Below are positions 1 to 8,676 of a stretch of 20,000 nt of DNA, in pieces. Source of the stretch: an uncultured virus (IMG/VR IMGVR_UViG_2724679570_000003) (taxonomy: Duplodnaviria; Heunggongvirae; Uroviricota; Caudoviricetes); the IMG/VR virus record IMGVR_UViG_2724679570_000003; one strand, given 5' to 3'. The notes under the pieces are model-generated. The model searched no databases. It was not told the origin of the DNA and saw only the letters and a list, made by a program, of their open reading frames with translations. The translations under genes and the position numbers were made by a program. The stretch's first letter is position 1; each line of letters starts with the position of its first letter.

Positions 1-29
1 TTGTTGTAAAAGCAATATTTCATTTCATT

Positions 30-221
30 TTAACTTATTAATCTATTCCATTTATCAGATAATTCTTTTAAAACTTCTTTTAAAGGTTTATATGTGCTAT
101 CATTATTACTTATATCAATATTAAAATTTTCTTTTAAAATTTGATTAGGATGACTTATATTATTTATTTTCATTTTATCTAATACTAATCTTTTACTTAG
201 CTGTTTTTGATATTTATTCAA
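30..221 (-). CDS. hypothetical phage protein (63 aa)
   Basis: ORF track; GGAGG RBS upstream of TTG start. Confidence 0.6.
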   Translation of the reverse strand: MNKYQKQLSKRLVLDKMKINNISHPNQILKENFNIDISNNDSTYKPLKEVLKELSDKWNRLIS

Positions 222-253
222 TATTAAAACCTCCTTAATTTTTCTCTTTTTTC

Positions 254-571
254 TTAAGGTTTAGCTAATAACTCATTTATTCTTTTTGTTAATTTCTTTT
301 TAATTCTAAATTTTTTAGTTTTATCATAAATATTTATTAGATTTATAATTTGTGCTTTATATGTTAGTTCTTCTATAAAGCTTTTACATGCTTTAATACT
401 TTCATTTGCTAATTCTATAGATATAGGTTTATTTAATAACTCTATTGTATTTTGAATGTTATTTGATTGATTTTCTTCTATGTTCTCAAAATACGTTTTA
501 TCTATGGATGCATCACAAGGTTGTCCATCAATATACACAGTCAATTTGTCTAAAAATATATCTTCTCCCAT
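254..571 (-). CDS. hypothetical phage protein with basic C-terminus
   Basis: ORF track; AGGAG RBS; start overlaps the upstream stop (TAATG). Confidence 0.7.
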   Translation of the reverse strand: MGEDIFLDKLTVYIDGQPCDASIDKTYFENIEENQSNNIQNTIELLNKPISIELANESIKACKSFIEELTYKAQIINLINIYDKTKKFRIKKKLTKRINELLAKP

Positions 572-801
572 TATATCAACTCCTTTGTTAATTCATTTTT
601 TAATATGTTTAATTCTAATAAACCTCTAATCATTCTTATTTCATATCTGCTAGGAGATTTTATTTTATAAGAATTTCCCTCTCTACATCCGCAATTTTGG
701 CATTTATACTCTACATCTTTATATACTTCACCAAAAGGTTTTGCTTTTCTATATTTTGTTTTTATTATAATCTCTCCACCACAAAGTTCACAAATCTCCA
801 T
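571..801 (-). CDS. zinc-ribbon protein
   Basis: CELC...CQNC pairs; AGGAGG RBS. Confidence 0.7.
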   Translation of the reverse strand: MEICELCGGEIIIKTKYRKAKPFGEVYKDVEYKCQNCGCREGNSYKIKSPSRYEIRMIRGLLELNILKNELTKELI

Positions 802-829
802 TGAGTTTCCTCCTTTTTTATTTTTTAAA

Positions 830-1300
830 TTATTGTTTATTATCTTCTTTAACTTTTAATTTAATCTTATATATTTCGCCATTCTTTTTCTTATATAAAG
901 TTTTATAACCTTTTACCTTATCACCTTTATTAAGTGCATTATATAATTTTATATTATCTATGGTTTCTTCATTTTCTCCATCTGTTACGATTATATTATT
1001 TTGCTCGGCATGATATATACAAGAAGTAGATTTACCATTAGAAATAACTTGAGTATATGCGTTTCTATGCTCTTTATTTTCAATTTCTAAAACAACTGGT
1101 ATTATATCTTTTGTTGCTTTTGAATCTTGGGTATAGTCATAAAAAGCACCTAAGGGCAATCCTAACGTTATTAATATAATTATTACACATATAAAACAAA
1201 CAAAGACATCTCCTTCTTTAATACCTTGAATTAAAGTATATATTGCATAAAAACCTATTAATACTAAAATGGATAGTATTATTGTATTGACTATATTCAA
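830..1300 (-). CDS. membrane protein with two N-terminal TM helices and a beta-rich soluble domain
   Basis: Two hydrophobic stretches (about aa 3-24 and 32-54); AAGGAG RBS. Confidence 0.7.
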   Translation of the reverse strand: MNIVNTIILSILVLIGFYAIYTLIQGIKEGDVFVCFICVIIILITLGLPLGAFYDYTQDSKATKDIIPVVLEIENKEHRNAYTQVISNGKSTSCIYHAEQNNIIVTDGENEETIDNIKLYNALNKGDKVKGYKTLYKKKNGEIYKIKLKVKEDNKQ

Positions 1301-1352
1301 TTAAAATCACTCCTTATTATTAAATTATTGTGTATAAAATTAACTTTTTATG

Positions 1353-1517
1353 TTATCTATTAATAACATTTAATTCTAAAATATCTTCTAAAACACATAC
1401 TTCTTGTCTAAGAGTTTTGTAGATAAGAATATTTTCCGTATCTCCTTTTTCCAAACTATCAGCTTGTTTTCTTAATATATTTATTAATCGTTTTTCTATT
1501 TGTTCTTGGGTTTTCAA
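1353..1517 (-). CDS. small hypothetical protein (54 aa, MKTQEQIEKRLINILRKQ...), not in ORF track
   Basis: Hand-translated; GAGGTG RBS before TTG; fills the gap between neighbouring genes. Confidence 0.65.
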   Translation of the reverse strand: MKTQEQIEKRLINILRKQADSLEKGDTENILIYKTLRQEVCVLEDILELNVINR

Positions 1518-1521
1518 ACTA

Positions 1522-1716
1522 TTACACCTCTCTTTTTATAAAGCTTTTTCCGTTACATTGTCTACATGGAAAAATAAAATTATGTTTGATATAAGGATTA
1601 TTACTACTATGTACAATTCTAATATTATACTTTAAACATTTATGATCTATTTGTTCTTCTTCAGTTAAATTAATAAATTGACATTCATTACAATTAATGT
1701 TATCTATATTCGTCAT
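1522..1716 (-). CDS. small Cys/His-rich protein
   Basis: CNEC...HKC...CRQC. Confidence 0.65.
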   Translation of the reverse strand: MTNIDNINCNECQFINLTEEEQIDHKCLKYNIRIVHSSNNPYIKHNFIFPCRQCNGKSFIKREV

Positions 1717-2233
1717 TGTACATCTCCCTCATAGTTTTTCCTCCACCTTTTATAACAGGTAAGCCGTATTCATTTATAGATATAATATTTTGGTTTTCAT
1801 TAATAACTTCTTCTTGTGATATTATACAAGCTACTTGCCAGTATGCTTGTAATAAATTATCACCGCAATCTTCAAACCATTTTACATTTTGAGTAGGTGA
1901 ATTTTTATTTAAAACTAAGCCAATTGAATAACCACCAATTGTATCTAAATAATCATATATGATTTTTGAGTTTGTTTTATTCTCTATAAACCGTCTTAAT
2001 CGTTCTTCTGTTAATAGCGGTATTACTAAATCTGTTTTATAATGTATTTTCCCCTCATAATCTTCAAAATGTTTTTTATTAATAGGCACACAACCTACTA
2101 TATTTATAATGCTATCTATGTCCCAATAATCTTCAATAAATAAATCTCCAAATTCAGGTTGCCACCAATTTAAGAATACTTCTTGTATTTCTTTAGGCTG
2201 TTTTAAAAAATTCTCAGCACTTATATAATTCAC
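1700..2233 (-). CDS. hypothetical clostridial phage protein
   Basis: 177 aa ORF; start overlaps the upstream stop. Confidence 0.75.
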   Translation of the reverse strand: MNYISAENFLKQPKEIQEVFLNWWQPEFGDLFIEDYWDIDSIINIVGCVPINKKHFEDYEGKIHYKTDLVIPLLTEERLRRFIENKTNSKIIYDYLDTIGGYSIGLVLNKNSPTQNVKWFEDCGDNLLQAYWQVACIISQEEVINENQNIISINEYGLPVIKGGGKTMREMYNDEYR

Positions 2234-2601
2234 ACTATCCCACCTTTAATATTATTTATCATAATTAATTCTTTAGCATATTCAATATTATTATCAGTTA
2301 ATGTTAAATAAGAATTAAATACATTTTGACTTATCGATAATGATTGTAAAGTTTTTGTATAGTTTTTTTGATATTCACTCGCAGATTTTAGAGCTGCATT
2401 ATAATCTTCACCTTGCAAAAGCAAGGATTTTAAATACATTAAGTTTTCTTTATTAAATTGTTTTAATTTTAGTTGTTCCTTATTAGATATCATTTTTATT
2501 TCAGTAATTAAGTTGTCAATTTCAATAAGTTCTTTAACTTCTTTATTTGAATAATTAGATTTTAACTGTTTTGCTAGGAAATCCAAGTTTATTATAATCA
2601 T
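2230..2601 (-). CDS. hypothetical helical protein
   Basis: 123 aa ORF; AAGGAG RBS. Confidence 0.65.
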   Translation of the reverse strand: MIIINLDFLAKQLKSNYSNKEVKELIEIDNLITEIKMISNKEQLKLKQFNKENLMYLKSLLLQGEDYNAALKSASEYQKNYTKTLQSLSISQNVFNSYLTLTDNNIEYAKELIMINNIKGGIV

Positions 2602-2830
2602 CTCCTTTGAATATTTCTGATTTCATTATAGTAAAAGTTCCATTTTTATTACATCGCATATAACATACACAAGAACAATCATACTCATCTTGTTTGGCTA
2701 AATCTATACCTAATATATATGTATCATCACTTTTGTCTAATATTTTAAATTCTTTTGTAAATTGTTTGCTATTACTTAAAAATTTATTTATTTCATCTTT
2801 GGTATTATCAGAAAATATCTTTTTAATCAT
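2555..2830 (-). CDS. hypothetical protein with RNase H-like first-strand motif YILGIDLAK
   Basis: GAGGGTG RBS before ATG at 2830; motif seen in translation. Confidence 0.6.
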   Translation of the reverse strand: MIKKIFSDNTKDEINKFLSNSKQFTKEFKILDKSDDTYILGIDLAKQDEYDCSCVCYMRCNKNGTFTIMKSEIFKGDDYNKLGFPSKTVKI

Positions 2831-3089
2831 ATACACCCTCATCTAGTACATAATCTATTAATCCTGTTATTTCACATCTTTCAGATTTAATCCTATCAGG
2901 GTATTTACTCCAATTAATAGGTCTCAATGTTATTTGACATCCTATCTCTGAGTTAAAATCTAATTCAGTAATAGTATCAGATATTTCATTCATTATATTT
3001 TTAATCACTTGCTTTTCTATATGATTCTTATTATTGTTTACATCATAATCTATGACTGAACATAATTTCATCCTTTTAGTAGGCAACAT
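2823..3089 (-). CDS. hypothetical phage protein
   Basis: 88 aa ORF; AAGGAG RBS. Confidence 0.7.
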   Translation of the reverse strand: MLPTKRMKLCSVIDYDVNNNKNHIEKQVIKNIMNEISDTITELDFNSEIGCQITLRPINWSKYPDRIKSERCEITGLIDYVLDEGVYD

Positions 3090-3143
3090 TATTATAGTTC
3101 TCCTTTTTTTAATTATTTTATATAAAATCTAAAGTTTATATCG

Positions 3144-3455
3144 TTATTTATTTATATTTACATCATTTGAATTATCTTTTATTTTGCCAAACTCTCTATA
3201 ATACTCATGATAATTGCATTTTGGATAATTTGAACAACCTCGGAATTTACCGTACTTACCTTTTCTGGTTATCATTTTACTACCACATTCAGAACAATAT
3301 TTGTTCATATCTCCATAATCATCATATTCCTTTTCCAAATCATTCATGTTTTTTAACAAAGCTTCATATGTCCATCTAAGTATATTTTCAGATTCACCCT
3401 CATACCTAAATTCTATTATTTCTTTTAATTCCTCCCACATTTTCTTATAATACAT
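3144..3455 (-). CDS. protein with topoisomerase-type C4 zinc finger (zf-C4_Topoisom)
   Basis: CSECGSKMITRKGKYGKFRGCSNYPKC matches the CxxCG.M..R.G.yG.F.gCs.YP.C pattern. Confidence 0.8.
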   Translation of the reverse strand: MYYKKMWEELKEIIEFRYEGESENILRWTYEALLKNMNDLEKEYDDYGDMNKYCSECGSKMITRKGKYGKFRGCSNYPKCNYHEYYREFGKIKDNSNDVNINK

Positions 3456-3470
3456 CTTTACCCTCCTAGA

Positions 3471-3851
3471 CTATCTATAATCAGTTTCTTCTAGTTCTTC
3501 CGCATCATATAAACCTTGTATATAATTCTTACAATTAACTGCTTCACTTTCTTCATCGAGAATAGCCATTAAAGCACATTTATACATACAACAAAATCCA
3601 TCATAGAATTTACAATTATAACAATCTTTTTTTATATTAGGTAGCTTATTATAAATTTGATTAATACAATTTCTATAATTTTTAAGTTGAACCTTATATT
3701 TTTCACTTTTCACCACAATATTTTCAGGTACATAAGTTATTTTTACTCCATATGATTGATGCTCCAAAGTATCTTCTTTTACTTTATCAGGCTTATAAGT
3801 TTCTATTTTTAAATCTTTTTTACTTAATCCAGTTGGCAAATATCCTTTCAT
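3471..3851 (-). CDS. RF-1 (peptide chain release factor) domain-like protein lacking GGQ, with Cys-rich C-terminal module
   Basis: DLKIETY-x15-GVKITYVPENIVVK-x5-QLKN aligns with RF-1 DLRIDTY-x15-AVRITHxPTGIVV-x6-QxxN; C-terminal CYNC..CC..C..C. Confidence 0.6.
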   Translation of the reverse strand: MKGYLPTGLSKKDLKIETYKPDKVKEDTLEHQSYGVKITYVPENIVVKSEKYKVQLKNYRNCINQIYNKLPNIKKDCYNCKFYDGFCCMYKCALMAILDEESEAVNCKNYIQGLYDAEELEETDYR

Positions 3852-3868
3852 TGTTTTTTATCCCTCCT

Positions 3869-4021
3869 CTATATTAATCTAATTTTTCTTAATATTTTAC
3901 CTAAGAATGTTAGGTTCTCTTTAAAGGCTATTTTACAATACCAACATTCCCATTCTTTATTTCCATCTACATATTCAGTTTCTATCATATTTTGTTTGCA
4001 TAGTGGACATTTTTTTAGCAT
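3869..4021 (-). CDS. small zinc-ribbon protein (50 aa, MLKKCPLCKQ...WECWYC), not in ORF track
   Basis: Hand-translated; AAGGAG RBS; CxxC...CxxC. Confidence 0.7.
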   Translation of the reverse strand: MLKKCPLCKQNMIETEYVDGNKEWECWYCKIAFKENLTFLGKILRKIRLI

Positions 4022-4068
4022 AGTTATATTTTCTCCTTATAATATTTTTGTATTGTGTAGTAAAATTA

Positions 4069-4296
4069 TTATATTGTCGGATTTGTTATAGCCATCCAAA
4101 ACTTGGGTTGTCTATAACTATATTTAAAAACATCTTCATTTACATCAAAATAATAAAACCCCTCTTTTTCAAAAATAATATCACCATCAGCATATTTAAA
4201 ATAATTTTGAAGACTATAAGTTTCATTTTTTATGTCTAAACACACTAAATATTCCTTTTCATGTATCAATTTATTTTTAATATTGTCCCATTTCAT
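4069..4296 (-). CDS. DUF551-like small phage protein
   Basis: N-terminal KW..K..L, EYLV and C-terminal WM.I..P pattern; AAGGAG RBS before ATG at 4296. Confidence 0.5.
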   Translation of the reverse strand: MKWDNIKNKLIHEKEYLVCLDIKNETYSLQNYFKYADGDIIFEKEGFYYFDVNEDVFKYSYRQPKFWMAITNPTI

Positions 4297-4352
4297 TATT
4301 CTCACTCCTTCGTAATAAATTCAAATTGTAATTCATTTGATCAACCATACAT

Positions 4353-4592
4353 TTAGTTTAATTTAACTACACAATCAACATATCTACCTAAATCTCTATT
4401 TACTAATGATTCAATGTCTACAAAAGTTTCTTGTAGATAATTAATATCTGGTTTTCCTACTAATTGTTTATTATCTATTCTTACTATCTCTAAAAAGAAC
4501 ATTTTTCCTTTTATGTATTTAAAAATAATTTTATCCCCTTTATTTAGTTTTAAAAAATCTTCTTTAGTTTTTAATTCTTCAATATTTATCAT
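4353..4592 (-). CDS. hypothetical small beta-barrel-like protein
   Basis: 79 aa ORF; AGGAG RBS; LNKGDKIIF motif. Confidence 0.65.
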   Translation of the reverse strand: MINIEELKTKEDFLKLNKGDKIIFKYIKGKMFFLEIVRIDNKQLVGKPDINYLQETFVDIESLVNRDLGRYVDCVVKLN

Positions 4593-4623
4593 TTATTTCT
4601 CCTCTCTTAGAATAGTTAAATCA

Positions 4624-4914
4624 TTAGAATATATTAGATATCTCTTTCTCTTTAATTTCATCATAATTTTTAAATTGCTTGATTGAATCTATTAAAAGTT
4701 CCTTACTATAAAATTCTTGAAGAATTAGAAGTAACATATCTAAACTTATATGTCTCATTATACCCTTACCAAAATCTATAGTTAGTATTTTATTTCGTTC
4801 ATATTCTTTTCCTTGTGGAGTTGATTCTGTTAATGCAAATGGTGTACTGCTATAAAGATTATTAATAATAAATTGGTCTTTAGATGCTCTTTTTATCAAA
4901 TCTTCTATTTTCAT
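4624..4914 (-). CDS. hypothetical protein
   Basis: AAGGAGG RBS before ATG at 4914, a more likely start than 4953. Confidence 0.65.
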   Translation of the reverse strand: MKIEDLIKRASKDQFIINNLYSSTPFALTESTPQGKEYERNKILTIDFGKGIMRHISLDMLLLILQEFYSKELLIDSIKQFKNYDEIKEKEISNIF

Positions 4915-4942
4915 AAGCTTCCTCCTTTTTAAAATTAAATTA

Positions 4943-5503
4943 TCAATTTTCAATCACTTCTTTTACTTGAAAAACATAAATCATATCTATGTTTTTTTCA
5001 TCTGCAAGATATTCATGTTGAGGATTTTGGACACCTATATAACTCCCCCATTTATGCCAACGCCAACCATATTCATCTTGACTACTTTTAAATATTGGTG
5101 TCATTACAGCTATATATTTCTTTTTTTTATATTTTTCGTATTCTTGTATTTCTTTATTGCAATAATCTAATACCTGTGAAGCATTATCACATACTCCATA
5201 ATCAAATTCATTGTACTCATTTACAAATTTATAATCTGTCAAATCTTGCAAACTATGTTTCCAATTTAAATTAGATATATAGATATTGTTTATATCTTTC
5301 ATAGTATCTTTTATTGTTTTAATAGTCTTTTCTTGACCTAATTCTTTTAGCCATAATTCATAAGGGCTAAATCGGTCATTTATGTTTTTTAATTTTACTT
5401 TTTCCCAATTTATATTAGGTTCAGAATTTTTTAATTCCTCACATAAATCATTGTGTTTCTTTATTTTCTCTTCGTTATTTATTAATTTAACTAATTTAAT
5501 CAT
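4943..5503 (-). CDS. conserved phage protein with GWRWHKWGxYIG motif
   Basis: GGAGGG RBS before ATG at 5503; YGVCDN and GWRWHKWGSYIG motifs. Confidence 0.75.
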   Translation of the reverse strand: MIKLVKLINNEEKIKKHNDLCEELKNSEPNINWEKVKLKNINDRFSPYELWLKELGQEKTIKTIKDTMKDINNIYISNLNWKHSLQDLTDYKFVNEYNEFDYGVCDNASQVLDYCNKEIQEYEKYKKKKYIAVMTPIFKSSQDEYGWRWHKWGSYIGVQNPQHEYLADEKNIDMIYVFQVKEVIEN

Positions 5504-5565
5504 TTTACCCTCCAATAAATTTATTATATCTTTGAATTGTTAACTAGAAATTCTTTAATATAACC

Positions 5566-5739
5566 TTAATCGTCAAATCCTCCATCATGTGTACCTATAT
5601 AGAAATGTTCTTCATAACATTTACTACAAGCTATATGTTTAAGATGACAATTATTACTACATTCCTTACTCTTGTCACATTGTATACAACATTTGTTACA
5701 CCCAGAGGTCAACAAATTACCCTCGTTTAATTTCCACAT
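5566..5739 (-). CDS. small Cys-rich protein
   Basis: CNKCCIQC...C..C...CSKC; GAAGGGG RBS before ATG at 5739. Confidence 0.6.
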   Translation of the reverse strand: MWKLNEGNLLTSGCNKCCIQCDKSKECSNNCHLKHIACSKCYEEHFYIGTHDGGFDD

Positions 5740-5771
5740 AAAATCCCCTTCCTTCAATTACGATAAATCAT

Positions 5772-5942
5772 TTATTTTATTAAATTATTCTTTTTCATTT
5801 TAGAAACATATAATGCAGGATAAATATAAGATAAAGTATGTGCTGGTGTAAACTCTTGAATACTCCAATTTTTATACATGTTTTCAAGAATTTTATTAAC
5901 TTCCTCATCTACTTCTTTAATAATATCTTCCTTACTTATCAT
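5772..5942 (-). CDS. small hypothetical protein
   Basis: GGAGGT RBS before ATG at 5942, overlapping the end of the upstream ORF. Confidence 0.6.
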   Translation of the reverse strand: MISKEDIIKEVDEEVNKILENMYKNWSIQEFTPAHTLSYIYPALYVSKMKKNNLIK

Positions 5943-7171
5943 TTTTTGCACCTCCAATACAATAGTTCAGTATTGTAATTACTTTCATCTGGGGTGTCCT
6001 TCTTAATATAATAATTATTATATTTTATATTGATTTGATATTTATCCTTCAAATATTTGATTATAATATTAAACTTTCTATTTTTTTGTAGCTTATCTTC
6101 ATTTAATTTTACTAAAAATTCGTCTAATATAAAATGCGTTCTATTAATACCTGTTATAATTTTTTGTTCATTATTTATGTTGTATTCTAAAACCGTTTCA
6201 AATATTTTATATATTAATTTATCCATTTTTTGAAATAATTCAATTAATAAATTTTGTATTAATTCATAACAATAATCTATTTCTTCTTGTCTATCTTTTG
6301 GAGTATCTTCATGGCGAAAAGTTGGCATATGTTTATTTAAATAATCTTTAGTTAAAGATTGAAATAATTTTATTATTGCTTCATAAGTATCAAAATCTGA
6401 GAATTTAGGAAGTATTAATTCTTTTATATAGCCTCTAAAAGCCATGTGACAATTATATTTTACAATGTTGTCGTCTCCTCCTAAATAATAATATATATTT
6501 TGAAAATATAGATACACTCTACAACCTAATGTATCAACTTCCCATTTCTTTTCATTATTTGTATTGATATATGTTTCACCCCAATTTACATCTTTAATAA
6601 GGTTTGGCAAATCAAAAGAATTATCAACTATCATTTTTGATATTAAATATATTCTTTCAATCCAATCATCAGTTAAAATTATTTCATTATTTTTATTTAT
6701 TATTAAAAATTCATTTTCCAAATCATCTTGTTTATTTTTTCTTTCTCTTTCTTTTATTGCTTTTATACGCTTTTCTTCTGCAATCTGTTTTTGCCTTTCG
6801 ATTTCTTGTTGTTTTCTTAATTCTTCTGCTTTTTTACGTTCTTCTTCTTTTTGTTTTTCTTTTGCTTCTCTTAACATTGATCTCAACATATCTGTATCTG
6901 AATGCCCACAAAAACTTGATAAAGCTGTTTCATATTGTAAAATTTCTTTTTCTGTTCTACAATTTTTATATTTGCCACCCAAATAAGGATTCTCCATTGT
7001 TGTAAAAGAATCAGAAAGTAAATGGTCATAATACAAAAAAGTATTTGGATTAGTGCAATCATATACTGTAACATTAAAAAAATCATCTTGAATTTTCTTA
7101 ATCATTTTACTATTATATTCATCTCTTGCAATGCTTGACTCTAAAGCCTTTTCTATTTCTTCTATTGTCAT
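5939..7171 (-). CDS. 410 aa hypothetical protein with central charged coiled coil (about aa 98-150)
   Basis: Long ORF; AGGAG RBS; E/K/R/Q-rich helix. Confidence 0.8.
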   Translation of the reverse strand: MTIEEIEKALESSIARDEYNSKMIKKIQDDFFNVTVYDCTNPNTFLYYDHLLSDSFTTMENPYLGGKYKNCRTEKEILQYETALSSFCGHSDTDMLRSMLREAKEKQKEEERKKAEELRKQQEIERQKQIAEEKRIKAIKERERKNKQDDLENEFLIINKNNEIILTDDWIERIYLISKMIVDNSFDLPNLIKDVNWGETYINTNNEKKWEVDTLGCRVYLYFQNIYYYLGGDDNIVKYNCHMAFRGYIKELILPKFSDFDTYEAIIKLFQSLTKDYLNKHMPTFRHEDTPKDRQEEIDYCYELIQNLLIELFQKMDKLIYKIFETVLEYNINNEQKIITGINRTHFILDEFLVKLNEDKLQKNRKFNIIIKYLKDKYQINIKYNNYYIKKDTPDESNYNTELLYWRCKK

Positions 7172-7241
7172 CTTTTACTCACTCCTATCGTTAAATTATT
7201 TTACGTTATAAAAGAATGGTTTTATTAACTTATTTATGTAA

Positions 7242-7829
7242 TTAATCTTCCTTGATATACCATTCTCCTTCAGCTATTAAATAAGGGGTTATACTATCTT
7301 CTTCAGCGATACACCATGCATCTCTCACAAAAGAAGGTATATATTCTTTTGTTTCTTCTTTTTTATTTAAAGAATTTATATACTTAACTTTTATAGTTTT
7401 ACCTTGTTCAAAAGCTTTCATGGCTTCTATACACTCTACTTTCTTATCTTTTTTAACTAATTTGAATTTACTTTTAAGCCATTCTGAAGTTATATAACAT
7501 TTGTCCCATATTTTTTCGTAATCATCATCCTTTACCATTAAAAATCCATTTTCAAACTTAATTACAAGCCTATCTTCTTCCAAATAAACTTCAAATTCAG
7601 TACGTTCTGGAAATTCTATTGCTTCATGTATAGAATATTCTCTATCATAATCTATTTTATTTTCAATTGTATTATTATTTACGAAAAAAGCTTTCAAATA
7701 AAATTCTTTCTTACCATAATTAATGTCCCAATCTACTATTTTATACCCTAATTTTTCATAATGCTCTTTTGTTTTTTGCCATTCTCCATCATTGTCGAAA
7801 ATCATTTCTACACATTGTTCTCTTAACAT
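7242..7829 (-). CDS. hypothetical phage protein (195 aa)
   Basis: ORF track; AAGGAG RBS. Confidence 0.75.
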   Translation of the reverse strand: MLREQCVEMIFDNDGEWQKTKEHYEKLGYKIVDWDINYGKKEFYLKAFFVNNNTIENKIDYDREYSIHEAIEFPERTEFEVYLEEDRLVIKFENGFLMVKDDDYEKIWDKCYITSEWLKSKFKLVKKDKKVECIEAMKAFEQGKTIKVKYINSLNKKEETKEYIPSFVRDAWCIAEEDSITPYLIAEGEWYIKED

Positions 7830-7890
7830 ATTATCTTCTCTCCTTAAATTTAATATTTTTTATTTATTAACCTTATGTATTAGAGTGTTA

Positions 7891-7980
7891 TTATCCAAGT
7901 TTTTGACTTAACTTAAAAGCACATACAAAACATAATATTGTAAAACAACATATAAATAAATTAATAATTAAATCTATCAT
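7891..7980 (-). CDS. 29 aa single-TM Cys-rich peptide MIDLIINLFICCFTILCFVCAFKLSQKLG, not in ORF track
   Basis: Hand-translated; AAGTGGTG RBS-like site. Confidence 0.5.
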   Translation of the reverse strand: MIDLIINLFICCFTILCFVCAFKLSQKLG

Positions 7981-7996
7981 TTGTTCACCACTTTCT

Positions 7997-8212
7997 TCAT
8001 ATTGTTTTATTAAATTGTTTATAGATAAGTTTAAATATATCACATCCTAAACACATTATTAAACATAATGTTGCAACTGAATTTATTATAGGACATAAAG
8101 CAACTATAACATCTTTTATTGATATTTTATGGTTTATATCGTGTTTCATATATAAACCACACAATAAACTTCCTATTAAAGAAATTATGTAAATTGATAT
8201 TAAAGTATTCAT
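7997..8212 (-). CDS. small two-TM membrane protein
   Basis: Two hydrophobic segments; AAGGAG RBS; first gene after the promoter. Confidence 0.7.
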   Translation of the reverse strand: MNTLISIYIISLIGSLLCGLYMKHDINHKISIKDVIVALCPIINSVATLCLIMCLGCDIFKLIYKQFNKTI

Positions 8213-8237
8213 ATTTTCTCTCTCCTTTCATGATTCT

Positions 8238-8266
8238 ATATTACCAAATTATTTTATATTAGTCAA
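8238..8266 (-). promoter_or_regulatory. sigma-A-type promoter TTGACT-N17-TAATAT with extended -10 TG
   Basis: -35 at 8266-8261, -10 at 8243-8238, 17 nt spacer ending TGG; AT-rich upstream region. Confidence 0.7.
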
Positions 8267-8300
8267 GCTTTAAATAATGTTTTTAAAAATTATTGCATAT

Positions 8301-8332
8301 AAGAATAGCTCCCTGAAAATCAAGAAGCTATT
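8301..8332 (-). terminator. intrinsic terminator after the pspC-like gene
   Basis: AATAGCTTCTTG-ATTTT-CAGGGAGCTATT stem (G.U pairs on minus-strand RNA) followed by CTT. Confidence 0.6.
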
Positions 8333-8354
8333 AATTGATGTCTATTTATTTAAT

Positions 8355-8657
8355 TTAAAACATGACAAAATAAAATATAAAATAAGCTATAATACCTACG
8401 CCATAACAAATTGCTAACAGTCCCCAAATAACCCTAATAAAAGCTGGATCAATATTAAAGTATTCAGCAATTCCACTGCAAACCCCAAGTATCTTCTTAT
8501 CTTCTGATAATTTTAATTTTTTAGGCGGTTTGTTTTCCTTTGTTTGTTGAGTAATAGTTGAATTATTATCTATAGCTTTGATAATGTTTATATCTTTCAC
8601 GAAAGGTATAGATAATAAAATAAAAACTAATAATATTGATAACATTTTATATCTCAT
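8355..8657 (-). CDS. PspC-domain membrane protein with N-terminal signal-peptide/TM extension
   Basis: KKLKLSEDKKILGVCSGIAEYFNIDPAFIRVIW...GIIAYFI matches the PspC pattern; AGGAGG RBS. Confidence 0.85.
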   Translation of the reverse strand: MRYKMLSILLVFILLSIPFVKDINIIKAIDNNSTITQQTKENKPPKKLKLSEDKKILGVCSGIAEYFNIDPAFIRVIWGLLAICYGVGIIAYFIFYFVMF

Positions 8658-8676
8658 TTAATTTTCCTCCTGCTAT

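Noticed and set aside
6730..6870. TTC/TTTC-rich quasi-repeat
   Set aside because: Explained by E/K/R/Q codons of the coiled coil; not a DNA-level repeat.
6883..7086. 67 aa minus-strand ORF
   Set aside because: Nested out of frame inside the 410 aa gene with no supporting RBS.
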